In this document: piece by piece, positions 19,188 to 25,756 of the stretch
Layout of the letters: the number at the start of each line of letters is the position of its first letter
Position numbering within the stretch: position 1 is the first letter of the stretch
NCBI GenBank assembly: GCA_037134535.1
Contig: JBAXMA010000002.1
Coordinates: 1 to 49,030, forward strand
Source of the DNA: a bacterium
Lineage (GTDB): Bacteria; Verrucomicrobiota; Kiritimatiellia; SPBP01
Direction of reading: 5' to 3'
DNA: 49,030 nt
The notes under the pieces: generated by a model
The model's input: the letters and a program-made list of their open reading frames with translations, nothing else
Told to the model about the DNA's origin: nothing
The model's database searches: none
Translations under genes and position numbers: made by a program

Positions 19188-19334
19188 AGAACTTGAAATG
19201 CGGTACTGTAGCAGTAAAAGATCATGAAAGACTGCAATTCTGACGACATTATCAGGAATGACTATCAAATTCGCTGAGTGCTGAAGACATAAATTTCGCA
19301 CTTAGTCACGATTGCGAATGCGAGAAAATCACTA

Positions 19335-20741
19335 TCAAGTTTGAGAAGACGGTAAGTCTGGCTTAGATTCGTTAGCCTTATCGGGCAGTTTTCTGTAAAG
19401 AGTGGCTAGGCTGATCTTCAGGGCCTTTGCGGCCTTACTCTTGTCACCTTGTGTATGTTCAAGAACCTGTTCTACGTACTCTTTCTCTTTACTGCGAAGA
19501 AAAGCTTTGAGAGATTTTCCGCGGCCCTCATTGACACCTGAAGAAACTGCAGTTCCGGTAGAGCCTATTGGCTTCGCGGTAGAAACAATGTCGAGCGGCA
19601 GATCATTTTTGACAATTACTTTGCCTTTGGTGACCGACAGCACGTGTTTCATGGCGCTTTTGAGTTCGCGTGAGTTTCCTGGCCAGGCATAGTTGAGTAA
19701 AATATCTCTTACCTGGGGCTCGATAGCAGGCATCGCTGCACCCTCGCCGAGTTGCCTTAGGATGGTGTGGCATACAAGCGGGAGTATGTCTTCGCGTCGA
19801 TCGCGCAGGGGCTTGATTTCCATGGGAATAACGCTGAGGCGATAGTACAAGTCCTCCCGGAACTTGCCTTCTCTGATGAGTTTTTCCAGGTTGACGCTTG
19901 TGCCTGCCAGAATGCGAACATTGATGTGAATCTTGGTGTTGGCTCCCAAGCGTGCAATTTCCTTATCCTGCAGTACTCTCACCATCTTCTCCTGCAGAGA
20001 AAGCGGCATTACGTCTATTCCGGCAAGATAGACAGTGCCCCCTGCAGCTGATTCAAATACCCCTTCTTTTCCCGAATCATCCTTAACTATGCCTGCGACA
20101 TGGCCGAAGAGCTCTTCCTCGAGTATTGCTGCAGGAAGTGCTTCACAGTTTATGGAGACAAACTTTGATGCCTTTCGGCCGCTATGTTCATGCAATGTTC
20201 TGGCAATAAGGGCTTTACCTGTGCCGCTCTCGCCGACAATCAGTGCTGTAGTATCAGTTGGGGCAACATGTTCGAGCATTTCGCAGAGATTCTTCATTGA
20301 AGGGCTCTCAGCGACGATGCTTTCAAATTTATAAAGCGCTCCTACCTGGGCCTTGAGATCAATGTTTTCGGACATTGTCTTCTTGTACTCAAGCGCTCTC
20401 TCAACGGTGATAAGGAGTTCGTCAATCTTAAAGGGCTTCGTAACGTAGTCATAGGCACCCATTCGGAGCGCTTCTACAGCTGTCTCGACGGACCCGAAGG
20501 CAGTTACCATAATGACAGCCATTGAGGGACGCACGTCATGCGCAAGCTTAAGGAGCTCCATGCCATTGATTGGCGTCATGCGTATATCGGAGATCAAGAG
20601 GTCGAATTCTTCCGACTTGATTGCCTGGACGGCTTTGTTGCCGTCCTGAATGGGTACGACCTGATAGCCTTCAACAGTCAAGAGCGTGTTCAAAACGCTC
20701 AAGATACTAGGTTCGTCATCTACCAGTAGTATTCGCTCCAT
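19335..20741 (-). CDS. NtrC-family response regulator (REC + AAA+ + Fis-type HTH) with degenerate GAFTGA and Walker B motifs
   Basis: REC domain (LLVDDEPSI...LLISDIRMTPINGMELL). Walker A GESGTGK, Arg finger FREDLYYRL, sensor II WPGNSRELK and HTH KAAKALKISLATLYRKL are present. ELFGHVAGIVKDDSGKEGVFESAAGGTVYLAGIDVM replaces the canonical ELFGHEKGAFTGA...GGTLFLDEIGEM. Confidence 0.85.
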   Translation of the reverse strand: MERILLVDDEPSILSVLNTLLTVEGYQVVPIQDGNKAVQAIKSEEFDLLISDIRMTPINGMELLKLAHDVRPSMAVIMVTAFGSVETAVEALRMGAYDYVTKPFKIDELLITVERALEYKKTMSENIDLKAQVGALYKFESIVAESPSMKNLCEMLEHVAPTDTTALIVGESGTGKALIARTLHEHSGRKASKFVSINCEALPAAILEEELFGHVAGIVKDDSGKEGVFESAAGGTVYLAGIDVMPLSLQEKMVRVLQDKEIARLGANTKIHINVRILAGTSVNLEKLIREGKFREDLYYRLSVIPMEIKPLRDRREDILPLVCHTILRQLGEGAAMPAIEPQVRDILLNYAWPGNSRELKSAMKHVLSVTKGKVIVKNDLPLDIVSTAKPIGSTGTAVSSGVNEGRGKSLKAFLRSKEKEYVEQVLEHTQGDKSKAAKALKISLATLYRKLPDKANESKPDLPSSQT

Positions 20742-20969
20742 TATCCACCCTAACTAATCTATTCCAAGAGAAAATCCTTTACCGGAACTATTGTAATCGG
20801 CAAGAAGCTATCAGTAATAAGCTGAGTCCGCAAAGAACAAAATTCTCAATTTCGACAACGTCAGGGTATCAGCTCCCTGTGACCCGTTCTGCAGGGTGAA
20901 ATGTGAGCGGTTTCCCAAAAAAGCGCTCTAAGCATGACACGGAATTATAGCACTGACTAACTTGTATCA

Positions 20970-22154
20970 CTACTTGCTTACCAGTTCGCCTATCTTGAAG
21001 ATCGGGAGGAACATACATATAACAATACCACCAACTGTGACACCGAGAAAGACCATCAGCAGGGGCTCAAGTAGTGAAGTAAGCGAGCTCAGCATGCCGT
21101 CGACCTCGTCTTCATAGAAAGTGGCGATGTTGTCCATCATCTCGTCGACTTTGCCGGTTTTCTCACCTGCTGCAAGCATATGAACCAGAATGGGTGTGAA
21201 GCAGGGCTTGGTAGCAAGGCACGCAGACAGCGGTTCTCCTCTCTCGACCGTAGCGACACCATCGCGTACAGCTCTTTCCACAATCTTGTTGCCGGTGGCG
21301 CCTGCGCAGATGTCCAGAGCTGTAAGAATCGGAACACCGCTGTGAATGAGCTGCGCAAATGTGCGGGCGAAACGGGCCATTGCAACCTTCTGCACCAGAG
21401 GACCAATGACAGGCATTTTAAGATAAAACTTCGCCAGAACGAATGCACCCGACCTTGTTTTTGCCCACGCTTTGAAAACATATACTACCACAACGATCAT
21501 AGGAACAACAATATACCAATAGCCACGCAGTGCATCTTTCACGTCGACCAGCGCCTGTGTTGGCCCCGGGAGCTTGCCGCCGAATGAGGCAAACATTTCC
21601 TGGAATACAGGGACTATAAAAATAATCATCAGGGTGGAAAGCCCAAGGGCAATGCCCATCACTGCGATTGGATAACTCATCGCAGACTTGACCTTTCGCC
21701 GGAGCTTGGCAGTGCTTTCCAGGAAGTCAGCAATACGCCCGATTGTTTCCGCGAGTTGTCCGCCCTGTTCTCCGCCACGAATCATGTTAATATATAGATC
21801 ATTGAATACGCTTGGAAATGCTTTCAGTGCATCGGAAAAGGCAGATCCATTCTCAATGCTTTGCCGCACCTGTCCTACTACGACCTTAAAATTCTGATTT
21901 GATATCTGCTCGTGAAGAGCAGAAAGCGAGGTTACAATAGGCATACCTGCGGAAAGCATGGCTGACAGTTGACGAGAGAAGGCCGGCAATTCCTTACTGA
22001 CTATGGCATTTGCCCCCGGAACACGCTTTTTGCCATGTTTTATTCCGGCGGTTACAGCCTTCTCGGAAACCACACGCTGCATCAAAGATTCTTTCGCAGA
22101 CCCGGAACTGGACTTTGCCGCCGCCGAGCTTGTCGCTCTGATCACAGGGCTCAT
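20970..22154 (-). CDS. GspF/PilC-family inner-membrane platform protein
   Basis: Two T2SSF-type repeats (FSRQLSAMLSAGMPIVTSL... and FARTFAQLIHSGVPILTAL...), three TM segments, and C-terminal LPIFKIGELV. RBS GGGAGGAA. Confidence 0.9.
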   Translation of the reverse strand: MSPVIRATSSAAAKSSSGSAKESLMQRVVSEKAVTAGIKHGKKRVPGANAIVSKELPAFSRQLSAMLSAGMPIVTSLSALHEQISNQNFKVVVGQVRQSIENGSAFSDALKAFPSVFNDLYINMIRGGEQGGQLAETIGRIADFLESTAKLRRKVKSAMSYPIAVMGIALGLSTLMIIFIVPVFQEMFASFGGKLPGPTQALVDVKDALRGYWYIVVPMIVVVVYVFKAWAKTRSGAFVLAKFYLKMPVIGPLVQKVAMARFARTFAQLIHSGVPILTALDICAGATGNKIVERAVRDGVATVERGEPLSACLATKPCFTPILVHMLAAGEKTGKVDEMMDNIATFYEDEVDGMLSSLTSLLEPLLMVFLGVTVGGIVICMFLPIFKIGELVSK

Positions 22155-22302
22155 AATTTCCTCCCTCTCGCGAGTTCCTGTACCGATGTTGAGGTGCCAT
22201 ATTCTGGCTGTTCAAGATGCCGATCGTCACAGGTTTTATGTTCATCGACAGAAATAACTCTTGTCCGGCAATTCTCGCATGAAAGTGTACGAATTGCCAG
22301 CA

Positions 22303-22324
22303 CATTTCCATGCCATTTCCATGC
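22303..22324. repeat. Perfect tandem direct repeat 2 x CATTTCCATGC (11-bp period) in the gspF-upstream non-coding region
   Basis: Read directly: 22303-22313 is identical to 22314-22324. It lies about 150 nt upstream of the gspF ATG, inside a gap of about 430 bp without a credible ORF. Confidence 0.9.
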
Positions 22325-22583
22325 CGGATCGCGGGTCCGATCAGGGCTGCGTCAAGAAAGGCAATCAAGCTCATTCCGCGGCTCGGCGGGACGCCTCGCC
22401 CCACCTGTTGTTGGCATTTCTTCGATTGGCAGGGCAGCCTGTCCGCCTCTGAAGGAAACCCTCCGGGTGAGCCGCTTTCTTGACGCAGCCGTGAAGGTCC
22501 GGTAGAGCGCATCTCTCGCAGCTTGACTGAGAAAGCGACGCGACTGGCCAGAGGAGAGACTATTGTCCCATGGCATCCGCCTG

Positions 22584-24554
22584 TCATTCTCCAGGCACCT
22601 TGTCCGCACCTTTCGCTTGTTCAGCAAGCAGCTGTTCCCTGACAAGCATTCTAAGGGAGTCGAGGCCGTCGACGTGAGCCAAAGCGCGGTTCATCATGAC
22701 AAGACCAGGCCTGATATGGCGTGCAAAATGTCTTGTCTCAGGAATAGCGCCCAGGCGCGCGAATGCTCCAAGCGCCTGCGCCAGTCGTTGAACTGCCGCC
22801 AGCCAGAAAAGATTCAAAATCCAGGCAGGTTGTTTTGTGCGACCGGCATAATATTCAAGCAGGCGCGACTGGGCTTGGGCGGGAAGCATGACATATGGGT
22901 CGCAGAGCAGGGAGGCAAGGTCGTAAACAGCTGGGCCAAGGCGCATTCCCTGGAAATCGATAAAGACAGGGCGTTCATGGCGCCAGAGGATGTTACTTGA
23001 TTGAAAGTCCCGGTGTATCAGCACAGACGGAGCACTGGTCAGTATTGCGGCAACTGATTCGAGCTCTTGGCTCACCTTGCGAATTCCCGGTTCATGCATG
23101 TGCAAGCGACCTTGCATGAAATGTCTGGCCATCAATTCCCGCTCCCACGCGTAGATTTCAGCTGAGAATCGTGGCTCCAGGGCGATTCTCCCGGTCTTCA
23201 GGCTGCGTGATGGAATCGTGTGCATGACAAGAAGAGCGCGGAGCACAGAGCGATATCTTTTTTCAAGCGCGTCAGCAGAAAGAGTCCTGGCCAGCAATTC
23301 GAGAGAGGGTCCGGCGAAGTACTCCATAAGAGTCACTCGGTCAGCAGGACTGTCTGCTAATATTCTCGGCACTGGCACACCTGCCAGGGCGAGGAACCGG
23401 GCATGTGATGCATAGCGGCTGTTTTCCGGCCTGTTAAGGCCATGCTGGACAAGGATTGCATCATTGTTTGCTGTTTGCAGGTGGGTGAACGACCGGTCTG
23501 ATCCGCGGGCTCCGAGGCTGATGGCAGTTGTCTTGTCGGGGTTCCATCCGATACGCCGCAGGATCTGCCCGAACTCTGTCTGACCGATCCCGCCATTGCA
23601 TGGGGCCGCCACGCCTTCAACATGGCCGGAAACAGCAGCACCGTCGGCGATAATGGAGTTGCTCAGCAGGCTCCCCGGTTTGATCCGTGTATTGCTCCAG
23701 ATTACGGAATCGATGATTCGAGTGCCGCGGCCAATTACAGTATTGCTGCCGACGGACGCAAAGCCGGTCACTGAAATTCCATGGGTGAGTAGAGACTTCA
23801 TTGTTTTGACTTGCCGCCGATGCATCAGGTTACCGCCCGGGAGGCCTGCCAGGAATCGTTTAAGGATCTCTCCATGCGCCTTTCGGTACCGCTCCGGCGT
23901 GCCAAGGTCAGACCAATAAGATTGTGGTTCTTCAACACCACGCACAATTTGTCCGGCCGCCATCGCGTTCTCATAGATCTCGACAAGAGAAAACGCATTA
24001 CCATCAGGGAGGTATCGTAATAGGGAAGGAGACACCAGTTGCACTCCGCAGAAGGTGTAAGTACCGGCAGACCCACTGGTGCGGCTTCGAAAATCTGTGA
24101 TCCTGTAATTATCGATTTCAACAGTTCGAGGCCCTGTTCGCGCGTCGATCCAGACAGCGGCGATTGGTGAATGCTCCCGGAACGCAGCAAGGAAAGGTAG
24201 CGGAGAAACATCAGCTGCGATATCGGTATTCACTATCCAGAAGGGTTCGTTGTCCGGGAACCATGAGGCGCGTTTGAGAGCGCCGCCTGTTCCTAATAAG
24301 TCTGGCTCAAAGGATATGTTGACGATCATACCGTCATGCGTTCTGTTTCTAAGGTATTGGACAAGCGGATCAGGGGCATGGTGGGCATTGACAAGAATTT
24401 CGCGAACCCCCCAGCTCCGGACCAGGTCGATAACATAGCCGAGCATGGGCTTCCCCCAGAGAGGCAGCATGGCTTTGGGAATTCTGTTGGTGAGCGGGCG
24501 CATGCGCAATCCAAGGCCTGCGGCAAGCAAGATGGCTTTTCGAGGGCGTTTCAT
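22584..24554 (-). CDS. Fused sugar-1-phosphate nucleotidyltransferase, left-handed beta-helix and APH-type (AmgK-like) sugar kinase
   Basis: N-terminal KAILLAAGLGLRMRPLTNRIPKAMLPLWGKPML (NTP_transferase G-rich loop). Mid region has hexapeptide-like repeats (VIGRGTRIIDSVIWSNTRIKPGSLLSNSIIADGAAVSG). The C-terminal kinase fold has IHRDFQSSNILW and IDFQGMRLGPAVYDLASLL. ATG 24554 overlaps the upstream stop (TGATG). Confidence 0.75.
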   Translation of the reverse strand: MKRPRKAILLAAGLGLRMRPLTNRIPKAMLPLWGKPMLGYVIDLVRSWGVREILVNAHHAPDPLVQYLRNRTHDGMIVNISFEPDLLGTGGALKRASWFPDNEPFWIVNTDIAADVSPLPFLAAFREHSPIAAVWIDARTGPRTVEIDNYRITDFRSRTSGSAGTYTFCGVQLVSPSLLRYLPDGNAFSLVEIYENAMAAGQIVRGVEEPQSYWSDLGTPERYRKAHGEILKRFLAGLPGGNLMHRRQVKTMKSLLTHGISVTGFASVGSNTVIGRGTRIIDSVIWSNTRIKPGSLLSNSIIADGAAVSGHVEGVAAPCNGGIGQTEFGQILRRIGWNPDKTTAISLGARGSDRSFTHLQTANNDAILVQHGLNRPENSRYASHARFLALAGVPVPRILADSPADRVTLMEYFAGPSLELLARTLSADALEKRYRSVLRALLVMHTIPSRSLKTGRIALEPRFSAEIYAWERELMARHFMQGRLHMHEPGIRKVSQELESVAAILTSAPSVLIHRDFQSSNILWRHERPVFIDFQGMRLGPAVYDLASLLCDPYVMLPAQAQSRLLEYYAGRTKQPAWILNLFWLAAVQRLAQALGAFARLGAIPETRHFARHIRPGLVMMNRALAHVDGLDSLRMLVREQLLAEQAKGADKVPGE

Positions 24555-25756
24555 CAGTCGATCCTCTTTGCGGCAGTCCCTGATGAAAGTTGTTGAGAAT
24601 CGTACAGAAGGCATTTCCGTCGTGTTACCTGAAAGCCGGCCAGAGCCGTTTTCCAGCGGGCAGCAATTGTCCGGCCGTTTTCACCGTCAAGCAGTGCCTC
24701 CCTGACGGACCTGGTACCGAAGAGTTTATCGAAGAACTCAGGGCGGCTTTTACCGGTGGCCCAGACTCGGCGCTTGCCATAGAGATTCTGGAGACAGTGA
24801 ACGATGGAAACTGCAGTGAGGATGGGCATGAACCGGCCAGGATTGGTAATCACCATGCGGATTCCATTCAGTATTGCAGTTCCGGGTTCGAGCGGACGCG
24901 GGATGTAGCTGTGGGGGTAGAACATAACCCCGGGCAGCTCCAGATCGGAAAGATAACCTGCCACGTCCTGCCCGAGCATCCAGTTACTTCCAAACACCTG
25001 AAATGCCAGATTTGTGGCACGTCCGTGATCAATTGATCCTAATCCCTCGAAACACACGGTAGCGGGAAAACACATTGCCGATTCCCATGTACGGATCCCC
25101 GGAGAAGGAGGGATCCATACCGGCCAGTCAGCGGCCCGGCCCGGTTGGCGCTGGTAGCCGGCCATTGGGGCTATCTTCAGGCAGAGATCGAGACCAAGGG
25201 TTTGTTTCAGCCACAACGCCGTCTCACCAGGCGTCATTCCGTAGGCCATTGGCGTTTTCACCAGAGACACAAAGCTGGAGCAGTCATCTTCCGTGATGGG
25301 TCCATCGATAATGCGCGGCAGGGGGATGGGACGATCTGCTACAATCACTTTCTTGCCTGCCTTAGCTGCTGCTTCAAGGACAAGGCGCAGTGTTGAGACG
25401 TACGTATATGGACGGGCACCGATATCCTGAAGATCAAATACGATCGTGTCGACATTACGCAACATCTTTGCGGTTGGTTCCTTAGTCTGGCCATAGAGCG
25501 AAAAAACCGGTATGGAGAGGGTCGGATGGCGCTGTGTCAGCAAGGAAGCGCCCGGCGGCGCAGCGCCGAAATAGCCGTGCTCGGGCGAAAGCAGGCAGAC
25601 AAGGCGGGACCCATTGTGTCCGGCCAGTCGGTCCGCGGTTGGACATCCTTTGGAATCCACTGCGGCGACATGACTCACAAGACCGATTCGTTCATCTGTG
25701 ATCCAATCGTTGTGCCTGGCCAGAAGGACATCTATGCCGGACTGAAAACGTTTCAT
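24554..25756 (-). CDS. DUF1343 family protein (NamZ-like exo-beta-N-acetylmuramidase family)
   Basis: The N-terminal GIDVLLARHNDWITDERIGLVSHVAAVD pattern and overall length are typical of DUF1343/YbbC. Its start overlaps the histidine kinase stop (ATGA). Confidence 0.65.
   Translation of the reverse strand: MKRFQSGIDVLLARHNDWITDERIGLVSHVAAVDSKGCPTADRLAGHNGSRLVCLLSPEHGYFGAAPPGASLLTQRHPTLSIPVFSLYGQTKEPTAKMLRNVDTIVFDLQDIGARPYTYVSTLRLVLEAAAKAGKKVIVADRPIPLPRIIDGPITEDDCSSFVSLVKTPMAYGMTPGETALWLKQTLGLDLCLKIAPMAGYQRQPGRAADWPVWIPPSPGIRTWESAMCFPATVCFEGLGSIDHGRATNLAFQVFGSNWMLGQDVAGYLSDLELPGVMFYPHSYIPRPLEPGTAILNGIRMVITNPGRFMPILTAVSIVHCLQNLYGKRRVWATGKSRPEFFDKLFGTRSVREALLDGENGRTIAARWKTALAGFQVTRRKCLLYDSQQLSSGTAAKRID

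Noticed and set aside
22184-22199. Second TGGCAC motif (minus strand TGGCACCTCAACATC) just upstream of gspF as a sigma-54 promoter
   Set aside because: The -12 position reads TC rather than the invariant GC, and the element sits only about 30 nt from the ATG.
22303-22324. Tandem 11-mers as a CRISPR array or minisatellite
   Set aside because: There are only two contiguous copies with no spacers. It is better described as a short direct repeat or possible operator.
21994-22587. 197-aa minus-strand ORF bridging the gspF 5' end and the upstream gap
   Set aside because: It overlaps the gspF coding start in another frame. It has no RBS and its composition is not protein-like. I treat the gap as non-coding.
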